From positions 1 through 40,870 of the forward strand of contig CAZJOP010000001.1 of the NCBI GenBank assembly GCA_964547695.1: DNA of 40,870 nucleotides, read 5' to 3'. Source of the stretch: an uncultured Syntrophorhabdaceae bacterium. Its GTDB lineage: Bacteria; Desulfobacterota; Syntrophorhabdia; Syntrophorhabdales; Syntrophorhabdaceae. The translations under genes were made by a program, and so were the position numbers. Within the stretch, counting starts at the first letter, position 1; every line of letters begins with the position of its first letter. A model generated the notes under the pieces. It saw only the letters and a list, made by a program, of their open reading frames with translations, did not search any database and was not told the origin of the DNA. Of the stretch, positions 22,722 through 31,711 are shown piece after piece.

Positions 22722-25673
22722 ATGAAGAAAAAGAGACTCATATTAAAGATCTTTTTCACATTGTGCGGCATCTTTATACTCTTTACAGTCACAGGTTTTT
22801 TTGTTGCACCACCTGTTCTAAAATCCCTTCTTGTAAAGAATCTATCGAAAACACTTCAAAGGGATGTATCCATTGCAAGGATTGAAATCAATCCTTTAAA
22901 TCTTACTGTAAAGGTCTCAGGTATAAACATAAAAGAAAAAGGCGGGGGCAATACCTTATTCTCTCTTGAAGAACTCTTTGTAAATGCTGAATTTTCTTCC
23001 ATGGCTAAACGGGCGCTGGTTTTAAAAGAGATTACCATAAAAAGGCCTTATTTAAACATCATAAGGAACAAAGACGGCACATATAACTTCTCCGATTTAT
23101 TCACATTAGGCAAAAAAGACAAAGAAACAGAAAAGGCAAAAGAAAAAAAGAAGAGACCTTTTTATTTTTTTCTAAGCAACATCTCTATTATTGAAGGAAA
23201 AATAGACTTCTATGACGGCCCCTTTGATACCCATCATACCATAAGGGAGATGAACATAAAGGTGCCTTTTATATCCAACATTGCCCACCATGTAAATACC
23301 ATTGTTCAACCATATTTCTATGCAAAGATAAATGACGATGTATACGAAATAAAGGGTGATGTAAAACCCTTTGCAGAAACAAAAGAGGCGCACATTGATA
23401 TCAATATCCAGGATTTGGACCTGCCTAAATATCTCTCTTATTTTCCGGTAAAGCTGAATTTTAATCTCCTCTCGGGAAGTGTTGATCTTGCCACTAAAAT
23501 ATCCTTTATCGATTATAAGGACAGGCCTTCTTCCATTGTTATAAATGGAAATGTTAAAATCAGACAACTATTCTGTGATAACCTTCAGAAAAAACTCCTT
23601 TTTAGACTCCCCGATACAGAAATAGATATAACATCCATTGAACCACTCCAAAAAAGCATATTGATATCGAAAGTATCTTTTAAAACACCACAAGTATTTA
23701 TACAGAGGGAAAAAGACGGCACCTTAAACCTCCAGAAACTCTTTGCAGAGAAAAAGACCGATGAGGACAAAGACAAAGATAAAGATAAAGAAATAAAAAA
23801 GGATGAATCAAGGCAGCTTCAATTAAATATCGATGAAGTGATAGTTAATAATGCTAAGATTGCATTCGATGATTTAAGTGCCTCTCAACCGGTAAATATA
23901 TTGATAAAAGATCTCAATTTAAAGGCAGACCATGTATCCCTTGAAAAGGATCATGTCTCAAACCTGTTTATATCTTTTTCCTTTGACAAAGAAGGGTTTA
24001 TAAGGCTTAAGGGGCCTTTTAAGATAAACCCCCCATTTGCAGACCTTGAGGTGGATATAAAGAGTATCCATATAAATACATTCCAACCCTATTTTACAGA
24101 CAGAATAAATATTAATATTACAGACGGCAGCTTTTCCACATCGGGAAAAATAGTTTTTCATAAGTTAGAAAAAGAGGATGCAACAATAAAATATAAAGGA
24201 AAGGTGCTCGTTGCAAATCTTGCCACCATTGACAAGGTTCAGGCAGAGCCGCTTCTTAACTGGAAGTCATTTTCTATAAACAATTTAAATGTCAGTTCAA
24301 GCCCCTTTTCTATCCATATAGAAGGCATATCTTTAGCAGATTTCTTTGCAAAGATAATCGTGAATCCCGACGGTAGGCTAAATTTACAGAATATAATGGT
24401 AGCAGAAGAAAAGCCAGAAAGTTTACAAAAAGAAGAAAAAACATCGTCTGTCCAGGAAAAAAAGTCAAAAGAACCTGAAAGGGATATAAAGATAGGCAGT
24501 ATTACCCTCCAGGGTGGAACCATAGAGTTCACCGATAGGGCCATCAAACCAAATTATACTGCAAACCTTACAGAGATAGCAGGAAAGATATGGGATATTG
24601 CATTAAAGGGAGATAAGCTTGCTGAACTTAATTTAAGGGGAATGATAAACCAGTTTGTTCCATTGGAGATTGCAGGCAAGTTAAACCCTGCAAAGGAAAA
24701 TCTCCTTGTGGATTTATATGCTAAATTCCATAGTCTTGACTTGAGTCCCTTTAGTCCCTATTCGGGAAAATATATAGGATATAAGATTGAAAAAGGAAAG
24801 CTTTCCATTGACTTAAAATACCTCATTCAAAAAAGAAAGCTCGATTCCCAAAATGTAATATTTATAGACCAGCTTACCTTAGGGGATAGTGTGGATAGCC
24901 CCGATGCCATAAAGCTTCCTGTAAGGCTTGCTATAGCCCTGCTAAAGGACAGAAACGGTCAGATCAAACTCGACATCCCTGTGTCTGGCAGTCTTGATGA
25001 CCCTAAATTCAGCATCTGGAGAATAGTTCTTCAGATTATTGTTAACCTTATTACAAAGGCTGTTACAGCCCCTTTTGCCTTCCTGGGCTCTCTATTCGGT
25101 GGTGGCGAGGAAATAAGCTACATTGAGTTCGACTACGGTGACTATAAGGTTACAGACAAAAACATGAAAAAGATAGAAAGCCTTGCGAAGGCGCTTTTTG
25201 AAAGACCTTCCCTTAAAATCGAGATAGAAGGTCACGTACACTTAGAAAAAGACAGAGACGAATTAAAAAAGACGATATTTCTAAGAAAGCTTAAAGCCCA
25301 GAAACTAAACGATATGATAAAAAAGGGTGAAAAGGCAATATCCTTAGATGATGTAAAGATAGAACCAAATGAATACGAAAAATACTTAAAAATGGCCTAT
25401 GATGCCGAGAAATTTGCAAAACCCAGAACAGTCATAGGCACAGTCAAAACCCTACCACCCCAGGAGATGGAAAAACTAATCTACACCCACATCGACGTAG
25501 GTGAAAATGACTTGAGAGCCCTTGCAAATAAAAGGGCAACTACCGTTAAGGATCTATTACTTAAAACAGGAAAGGTTACAGTTGACAGGGTCTTTATAGT
25601 AGAACCAAAAACCCTTGCCCCTGAAAAAAAGGATAACATTAAGGACAGCAGGGTTGATTTTATCCTTAATTAG
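22722..25673 (+). CDS. DUF748-domain (AsmA-like clan) large envelope protein
   Basis: N-terminal TM anchor and a long beta-rich body. The PVSGSLDDPKFSIWRIVLQIIVNLITKAVTAPFAFLG segment is one I recognise as typical of DUF748 proteins. The C-terminal segment has OmpA_C-like remnants (IEIEGHV..., LANKRATTVKDLL). Confidence 0.7.
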   Translation: MKKKRLILKIFFTLCGIFILFTVTGFFVAPPVLKSLLVKNLSKTLQRDVSIARIEINPLNLTVKVSGINIKEKGGGNTLFSLEELFVNAEFSSMAKRALVLKEITIKRPYLNIIRNKDGTYNFSDLFTLGKKDKETEKAKEKKKRPFYFFLSNISIIEGKIDFYDGPFDTHHTIREMNIKVPFISNIAHHVNTIVQPYFYAKINDDVYEIKGDVKPFAETKEAHIDINIQDLDLPKYLSYFPVKLNFNLLSGSVDLATKISFIDYKDRPSSIVINGNVKIRQLFCDNLQKKLLFRLPDTEIDITSIEPLQKSILISKVSFKTPQVFIQREKDGTLNLQKLFAEKKTDEDKDKDKDKEIKKDESRQLQLNIDEVIVNNAKIAFDDLSASQPVNILIKDLNLKADHVSLEKDHVSNLFISFSFDKEGFIRLKGPFKINPPFADLEVDIKSIHINTFQPYFTDRININITDGSFSTSGKIVFHKLEKEDATIKYKGKVLVANLATIDKVQAEPLLNWKSFSINNLNVSSSPFSIHIEGISLADFFAKIIVNPDGRLNLQNIMVAEEKPESLQKEEKTSSVQEKKSKEPERDIKIGSITLQGGTIEFTDRAIKPNYTANLTEIAGKIWDIALKGDKLAELNLRGMINQFVPLEIAGKLNPAKENLLVDLYAKFHSLDLSPFSPYSGKYIGYKIEKGKLSIDLKYLIQKRKLDSQNVIFIDQLTLGDSVDSPDAIKLPVRLAIALLKDRNGQIKLDIPVSGSLDDPKFSIWRIVLQIIVNLITKAVTAPFAFLGSLFGGGEEISYIEFDYGDYKVTDKNMKKIESLAKALFERPSLKIEIEGHVHLEKDRDELKKTIFLRKLKAQKLNDMIKKGEKAISLDDVKIEPNEYEKYLKMAYDAEKFAKPRTVIGTVKTLPPQEMEKLIYTHIDVGENDLRALANKRATTVKDLLLKTGKVTVDRVFIVEPKTLAPEKKDNIKDSRVDFILN

Positions 25674-25820
25674 AGGTGCTATAAGCTATTTTTAAGTCCT
25701 TTAATATCCTGTAATATTAATGAAAATTAAGTGCAAAATTAATAAGGTAAAAAAGATAGGGATCATTTAAAAAAGACTTAAAAAAGGCTATAAAAACTTT
25801 TTTGGAGGCCTGCAGATTCT

Positions 25821-26915
25821 TCATTGCCCTATCACATGCACAGATGTTGCCTTGAAGGATGCCTTGATTTCCATACCCTCTGATAAACCAAGGGTCATAG
25901 CTGAATTATTTGTTACATACGCCACAAGGGGAAAACCGCAGTTTAAGTAAACCTTTTGATAAAAACCTGAAGGAACTATTCGGGTTATTGTGCCTGTGAA
26001 TGTGTTTCTTGCACTTGATTGTGGCCTCTCTGATACTGGATAGAGGATAATGTCTTCTGGTTTAATGCAGACTATGGCCTTTCTGTTCGGGGCTATATCG
26101 CCTATTGCATGGATATGAGCATCTGCAACCGAAACGGTTACGACGCCCCCTTCATTTTTTTCAACAATTCCGGAAAGTATGGTCTCGACACCGGCAAACG
26201 AGGCAACGAATTCATTGCAGGGATAATGCATCACCTCCTCCGGTGTGCCATCCTGAACTATCTCTCCCTTATCCATAACTATGACCCTATGGGACAGTCT
26301 TAATGTCTCATCCCTGTCGTGGGTAGCAAAGATTGCGGTGGTCTTTAAATCCTTTATATTTCGTTCCAAATCCTCAATCAATGCATCTCTTGTTGGTTTA
26401 TCAAGAGAAGAAAAGGGTTCATCGAGAAATATTATCTCCGGGTATACGGCAAATGCCCTGGCAAGGCTTACCCTCTGTGCCTCACCCCCTGAAAGGGACC
26501 TTGCCGAACGCATACTCAGATGGGCAATGCCGAATCTTTCAAGGTGTTCGTATACAATTTTTCTTATTTCTTCCCTATTGAACCTTCTAAATCTAAGCCC
26601 TGTTGCCACATTTTCAAATACAGTTGTGTTAAAAAGCAGGGGCTCCTGAAAGACCATACTGATCTTTCTTCTGTATTCAAAGGGGCTTATGTCTTTTCCC
26701 ACCTCCAGACCCTTAAAAAATAATCTACCTGAAAAATTCTTAAAGAGATGGGATAACACCTTAAGAAGCGTGGATTTGCCCGCGCCATTGGGCCCTATAA
26801 TAGAAAGTGCCTCACCCCCGTTTATATTTAATTCAGAAACCTTTAAAATCGTAAGTTCTCCTCTATCGATTAAGACATCCTTTGCCCTTAGAATGGGTAT
26901 ATCACTTTTTTCCAT
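25821..26915 (-). CDS. ABC transporter ATP-binding protein with C-terminal TOBE/Mop-like domain (tungstate/molybdate type)
   Basis: Walker A GPNGAGKST, signature LSGGEAQR, Walker B IIFLDEP. A ~120-aa C-terminal beta domain as in ModC/WtpC/TupC-type ATPases. Confidence 0.75.
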   Translation of the reverse strand: MEKSDIPILRAKDVLIDRGELTILKVSELNINGGEALSIIGPNGAGKSTLLKVLSHLFKNFSGRLFFKGLEVGKDISPFEYRRKISMVFQEPLLFNTTVFENVATGLRFRRFNREEIRKIVYEHLERFGIAHLSMRSARSLSGGEAQRVSLARAFAVYPEIIFLDEPFSSLDKPTRDALIEDLERNIKDLKTTAIFATHDRDETLRLSHRVIVMDKGEIVQDGTPEEVMHYPCNEFVASFAGVETILSGIVEKNEGGVVTVSVADAHIHAIGDIAPNRKAIVCIKPEDIILYPVSERPQSSARNTFTGTITRIVPSGFYQKVYLNCGFPLVAYVTNNSAMTLGLSEGMEIKASFKATSVHVIGQ

Positions 26916-26959
26916 TTATCGATAACCTATGATAGTAGCATCAGACCCAAAACGATCAT

Positions 26960-27658
26960 TCATCTTGAATGACCCCTTTGCTGGATATGGGTGAGGATAA
27001 GGTTTATGAAATATGCGAGAAGAAGTAGTATTATACTCAATGCTATGGCAGTGTCAAAGTTGCCTTTACCTGTCTCCATTACAGTGGCGGTTGTCAATAC
27101 ACGGGTATAACCCTTTATATTGCCACCAACCATAATCGATGCGCCTATTTCAGATATAACGCCTCCAAAGCCTGCCATGACCGCTGCAAGTAGCGACAAT
27201 CTTGCCTCTTTTAACAGCATCCAGACCATTTGCATCCTCGATGCACCGAGGCCTAAAATCTGAAGGCGCAGTTTTTTGGGAATCTGTTGTATGGCCGCAA
27301 TGGTGATGCCGGTAATAATAGGGGTTGCAATCACAGACTGCGCCACAATTATTGCATAAGGTGTATAAAGTATGCCCAAAAAACCAAAAGGACCGTTTCT
27401 CCACAAAAAAATTGTGACAAAGAGTCCCACTACCACCGGAGGCAGACCCATGGCAGTATTTACAAGGCTTACCACAATCCTCTTTCCAAAAAATTCATTT
27501 AAGGCAATAAGGGTACCTGTTGACACGCCTATAGCGACGCTAATCAATGTAGCGATACCGGATACCTTGAAGGAAAGGATGGTGATATCCATTATCTCCC
27601 TATCAAGGCTAAAAAGAAGTTTTATTGCCTTTATTATGCCTTCTAATATAAGCTCCAT
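26960..27658 (-). CDS. ABC transporter permease, TupB-like (tungstate-type)
   Basis: 232 aa. Resembles COG4662-type TupB permeases (GASIMVGGNIKGYTRVLTTA region). Confidence 0.65.
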   Translation of the reverse strand: MELILEGIIKAIKLLFSLDREIMDITILSFKVSGIATLISVAIGVSTGTLIALNEFFGKRIVVSLVNTAMGLPPVVVGLFVTIFLWRNGPFGFLGILYTPYAIIVAQSVIATPIITGITIAAIQQIPKKLRLQILGLGASRMQMVWMLLKEARLSLLAAVMAGFGGVISEIGASIMVGGNIKGYTRVLTTATVMETGKGNFDTAIALSIILLLLAYFINLILTHIQQRGHSR

Positions 27659-27773
27659 CTAACCACTCAATTTTTCAAAGAATAAATGAAAATGAAAATT
27701 GATGCATCGAGATTCCATAATTCTTTAATGCCTGTCTTTATAAGACTGATTATACTATTTATATTTGAATAAG

Positions 27774-27961
27774 CCATATCCATAAACAATAAATTCATAA
27801 AAATCCGTGAAAAATATGGTAAAAATGGATAATACTTTTTTATATAACATAATTAATCCATATTAAAAGGAAAATCAAGGTAAAAAAAATAATAAAAATG
27901 ACAAAAAATAACTTAAAAATCTAAAACTTTATAAATTTTCCAATATTTTTTAAAAATATGG
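27774..27961. promoter_or_regulatory. Divergent promoter region with repeated ATGGAT/ATATGG half-sites (candidate operators)
   Basis: CCATATCCAT 27774-27783, ATATGG 27814-27819, ATGGAT 27825-27830, ATCCATAT 27856-27863, and the near-palindrome CCAATATTTTTTAAAAATATGG 27940-27961. Confidence 0.3.
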
Positions 27962-28040
27962 GGTTTATGAAAAAATAGTGAGTAAGAAAGAGGTAAGGGA
28001 TGGCTTTACAATTTCATACAAACTTCATATAATTAGAGGC

Positions 28041-28907
28041 ATGGAAATCCTGTCTGCAAAGGAACTGTCACGATATCTAAAGATAAACGAGAAAAAGGTA
28101 TATAAACTTGTCCAGGAGGCCAAAATTCCCCATATAAAGATAGGCGGAAAGGTTGCATTCACAAAAGAATTAATCGACAGGTGGATCTTGGAAAATACTG
28201 AAATAAAAAGGCACATACTCATTGCAGGAAGCGACGATGAGCTTTTAAGAAGAATAATCGATATATATAACAGCGAATCTCCGTCAAAGATATTTTATGC
28301 ACCTGTGGGTAGTATAAATGGTTTAAAGCTCCTTGAAGAAAAAGGTGCAAGTATGTCCTGTGTCCATATCCTTGACATTGAAAAAAGGGATTATAACCCA
28401 TCGTATGTTGCAAGATACCTCAAGGCAGAGGATTACATGGTAATAAGGCTTTTTTCAAGGCAGCAGGGGATTTATGTGAAAAAGGGCAATCCGAAGCGTA
28501 TCTATAATTTAAAAGACCTCACAAGACCTGATGTAATGTTTGTAAACAGAAACAAAGGATCAGGCACGAGACTTCTTTTTGATTTTCTATTAAATGAAGA
28601 AGGGATAAATAGAAATCATATCCAGGGGTATCACAACGAGGTAGAATCCCACCTCTTATCAGGATTGAGTGTATTAAAGGGTGAGGTAGATGCAGCATTC
28701 GGTATAAGTTATATTGCCCATGTTTTAAATTTAGATTTCATTTTTTTAATGAACGAAAAATTCGATATGGTAATACCTAAGGATAATTACTTCAACCAGA
28801 CCATAAAGGACTTCCTCTGTCTTTTTGAACAGTCAAGATTCATAAACAAAGTCAAAGATTTTGCCGGTTACACCTTAGAAGAGATGGGAAGCATCGTGTA
28901 TCAATGA
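28041..28907 (+). CDS. TunR-like regulator: excisionase/MerR-type HTH fused to a periplasmic-binding-protein-like oxyanion-binding domain
   Basis: N-terminal LSAKELSRYLKINEKKVYKLVQEAKIPHIKIGGKVAF (HTH_17 type). The remainder is PBP-like (NRNKGSGTR). The ORF is open from GTG 27978, so the start is uncertain. Confidence 0.65.
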   Translation: MEILSAKELSRYLKINEKKVYKLVQEAKIPHIKIGGKVAFTKELIDRWILENTEIKRHILIAGSDDELLRRIIDIYNSESPSKIFYAPVGSINGLKLLEEKGASMSCVHILDIEKRDYNPSYVARYLKAEDYMVIRLFSRQQGIYVKKGNPKRIYNLKDLTRPDVMFVNRNKGSGTRLLFDFLLNEEGINRNHIQGYHNEVESHLLSGLSVLKGEVDAAFGISYIAHVLNLDFIFLMNEKFDMVIPKDNYFNQTIKDFLCLFEQSRFINKVKDFAGYTLEEMGSIVYQ

Positions 28908-29731
28908 AAAAAAATCACACAGAAAAACATTTTAAACTTACAATAAAAATGGAAAAAGGGGCAGAAGAGTTTCTGCCTGAAGAGATATATATGCATGTAA
29001 AAAAGGGTCTCTGGATCGAAGGCCATACTGATACGAGTATTATTATTTGCTATCCTGACGATTTAGAACCATTTTTAAAAATTTTAAAGGCCTCGGGCTT
29101 GAAGATAAAGGATTTAACTATTGAGGAAGAAGAGATACCTGACTATTCAGAGATTACAAAAAGATACTTTAAGACCATTACAGTTTGCGGCGTTAAAATA
29201 GTGCCGCCGTGGGGAAAGAAGATACCCAAAGGCTCAATAGTAATAGACCCGGGTATGGCATTCGGCACAGGCAGGCACGAATCAACAAAGATCATGATAA
29301 AACTCATGCAAAAAATAGATTTTAAGGATAAGGATGTTCTGGATATGGGCTGCGGCTCAGGGATACTGGCTATATATGCAAGCATGCTCGGTGCAAAAAG
29401 GGTAATAGCAGTGGATAATGACCCTGACGCAGTGCAATCGGCAAAGGGAAATATAAATCTTAATAAAGTGGAAAATATAAGCATTGTGTGTGCGGATATT
29501 AATGATATAAAGGGCGCATTCCATGTTGTCCTTGCAAACCTTGATATAAGGACATTTCAAAAATATAAGAAACATATAAAAAAACTTATAAAAAAGGACG
29601 GCCTTATTGTAGTCTCCGGTATCTTAAAAAAGGAGAAGGAACAGGTTTTTAAATGTTTCGAAGATCTAAAATGTACTGTAGAAGAAGGCAAAAATGCCTG
29701 GACAGGGATGGTATTTAGGTCTGTTTTTTAG
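28904..29731 (+). CDS. prmA: Ribosomal protein L11 methyltransferase
   Basis: DPGMAFGTGRHESTK and VLDMGCGSGILAI SAM-binding motifs. ATGA overlap with the regulator gene. Confidence 0.85.
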   Translation: MKKNHTEKHFKLTIKMEKGAEEFLPEEIYMHVKKGLWIEGHTDTSIIICYPDDLEPFLKILKASGLKIKDLTIEEEEIPDYSEITKRYFKTITVCGVKIVPPWGKKIPKGSIVIDPGMAFGTGRHESTKIMIKLMQKIDFKDKDVLDMGCGSGILAIYASMLGAKRVIAVDNDPDAVQSAKGNINLNKVENISIVCADINDIKGAFHVVLANLDIRTFQKYKKHIKKLIKKDGLIVVSGILKKEKEQVFKCFEDLKCTVEEGKNAWTGMVFRSVF

Positions 29732-29735
29732 GCCA

Positions 29736-30161
29736 TTATCTTTTTATCGCAGGTCTTTTTCCGGTCTTTTTATAATAAAAGTAATCATTAATGATACTTC
29801 TGTGGTCAAAGGCAATCACTTCAGGAAGATTCTCCTGGGTGAACACCTCTGCCTTTTTTGCATCGTCTCTTCCCTTTAGTTCTCCTTTACCCTCTCCTAT
29901 AAAAACTACAGACACTGTATGAAAACGAGGGTCTCTATCCGGGTTTGAATATGCATAGAATTGTTCTATCAGGATAACATCAAGGGATGTCTCTTCCTTT
30001 GCCTCACGCACCGCTGCATCTTCGAGAGACTCCCCGATATCCACAAACCCTCCAGGTAATGCCCAGCCGTAAGGATAATTCTTTCTTTCTACAAGAACAA
30101 TTCCTCCCCTGTATTGAATAATTATATCGATAGTGAGATAAGGTGTTTTTAAATCCGCCAT
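29736..30161 (-). CDS. NUDIX hydrolase
   Basis: Nudix box [24 protein letters not shown]. Confidence 0.8.
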   Translation of the reverse strand: MADLKTPYLTIDIIIQYRGGIVLVERKNYPYGWALPGGFVDIGESLEDAAVREAKEETSLDVILIEQFYAYSNPDRDPRFHTVSVVFIGEGKGELKGRDDAKKAEVFTQENLPEVIAFDHRSIINDYFYYKKTGKRPAIKR

Positions 30162-30255
30162 TTAATATTGAAAAATCTCTTGTTTATCCTCGGTAAACAT
30201 ATAACATTTAACATAATAAAAAACAAGGATTGTTTGTAAAGGGAAACACAACACT

Positions 30256-31461
30256 TTAACCACTTTGACCTGGCCTTCCTTTAAAAAATAACGAACACAG
30301 CCCACCAGAACACGATGCAATAGAGGAAAATCCAAAGCCCCAAACAAAAGAACCGGTTACATCTTTCAACCACCCGGCAATGCCAGGTCCGATACACTGA
30401 CCTATACCGAAAGATAATGTTATAAAACCGAGGGCAGCAGGTGCAAGCCTTCCACCTGTAACGTCACCGGCACTGGCGGCCATAATCGTTGGTATAGAAG
30501 ATATTGTTATGCCAAAAATTATGGCTGATAAATAAATACCAATTATGTCCTTCCAGCATATGGACAGAAGGTATGAAAATGCAAGCACCAATGAAGCTAA
30601 AAAAAGACCCATTTTTCTGCCAAAGATATCGGATATCCAGCCCCAAATTATACCGCTTATGATACTGCACAGTCCAAGGATTGCAAAGATTTCTCCTGCC
30701 TTTTTGAATGTGATTCCCATTTCACCGGTCAAATACGCTACAAAGAAGGTAAGAAACACTATATATGAGATACCGTACATAAAATAAACGAGCCCGAGCT
30801 TCCAGAGTTCTATTTCCTTTATCAAAATAATCCAGGTTGCAAGAGTATTATCCACATTAAAATATCTCGTCTCCACCTCATCTTCTCCATACATGGTTGT
30901 ATTCATTTCTCTTGGATTATCTCTCAGCAAGGCATAACAGAAAAATGAGGTGACGATTAAAACCGCACCCAGGAAAAACCATGCATATCTCCAGCCATCA
31001 TTCGATTTTCCTATTATTGGTGGGAGCAAGGTACCATTAAGAAAAAGACCTATTCCTGTGCCCATGGTAATTATCCCTGTTGCAAATCCTCTTTTATTCT
31101 TAGAAAACCATAAAGCAGGAAGGGCAAGCATGGGAATGTATGCGCCACCGTTACCCATTCCTGTAATAAGCCTCATTAGAAAGGCAGTAATAAAAGAATT
31201 AGAAAGTCCGGTAGCAAACATAGATAACCCCATGATAATAAGGGATATAAAAACAATCTTTCTTGCCCCAAAACGCACTGCAAGAGAACCCCCTAAAAAA
31301 CACAGGCACAGATAACCTATAAAATTTCCTGTGCCTATCAGACCTAATTCCGTATAGGTTAACCTTATACCTTCTTTCATGGATGGTAATATTACTGAAT
31401 AGGACATCCTTCCAAATCCATGGGCGAGCAAAACCACAATAGTGCCTGTAAATGCTATCAC
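30256..31461 (-). CDS. MFS transporter (YbfB/YjiJ-like)
   Basis: About 12 hydrophobic segments, 401 aa, GTG start. N-terminal FGRMSYSVILPSM pattern resembling the DUF1228-type MFS. Confidence 0.7.
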   Translation of the reverse strand: MIAFTGTIVVLLAHGFGRMSYSVILPSMKEGIRLTYTELGLIGTGNFIGYLCLCFLGGSLAVRFGARKIVFISLIIMGLSMFATGLSNSFITAFLMRLITGMGNGGAYIPMLALPALWFSKNKRGFATGIITMGTGIGLFLNGTLLPPIIGKSNDGWRYAWFFLGAVLIVTSFFCYALLRDNPREMNTTMYGEDEVETRYFNVDNTLATWIILIKEIELWKLGLVYFMYGISYIVFLTFFVAYLTGEMGITFKKAGEIFAILGLCSIISGIIWGWISDIFGRKMGLFLASLVLAFSYLLSICWKDIIGIYLSAIIFGITISSIPTIMAASAGDVTGGRLAPAALGFITLSFGIGQCIGPGIAGWLKDVTGSFVWGFGFSSIASCSGGLCSLFFKGRPGQSG

Positions 31462-31576
31462 CCATGCATAATGGAAAGAGAAAGGGAGTTTTAATGTTTT
31501 TGGTTTATCAATTTTTTTTAGAAAGGCCGTATATTTTATCCCCCTTTTTATGGCATAAATCGATAGAAATAATATG

Positions 31577-31598
31577 AAAATGTATCTAAAATGTATCT
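31577..31598. repeat. Perfect tandem duplication of the 11-mer AAAATGTATCT
   Basis: 31577-31587 and 31588-31598 are identical. Lies about 116-137 nt upstream of the MFS start. Confidence 0.6.
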
Positions 31599-31711
31599 AA
31601 TTTGTCAAATCATTTTTGGGCTAAACCATTGTATAAAAGATAACAGACACAAAAAAATATATACGGGGTTTTAAATCTTACACCTTAATAGACAAGACCC
31701 TTATGCATTCC

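Noticed and set aside
23766-23789. (GAYAAA)4 hexanucleotide repeat.
   Set aside because: It is in frame and encodes a DKDKDKDK linker within the DUF748 protein. This is a low-complexity coding repeat, not a regulatory or mobile element.
27659-27977. Possible Moco riboswitch upstream of the tungstate/molybdate-type transporter. Likewise, possible lysine riboswitches before lysA/dapA.
   Set aside because: The transporter leader is almost pure A/T with no GC-rich stems. The dap/lys genes have intergenic gaps of 40 nt or less, too short for a riboswitch.
30162-30347. 61-aa minus-strand ORF between the NUDIX and MFS genes.
   Set aside because: It overlaps the MFS 3' end out of frame and has no RBS or recognisable domain. 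The 94-nt gap more likely holds a weak AT-rich hairpin (AAACAA-GGA-TTGTTT, 30221-30235) and the NUDIX promoter.
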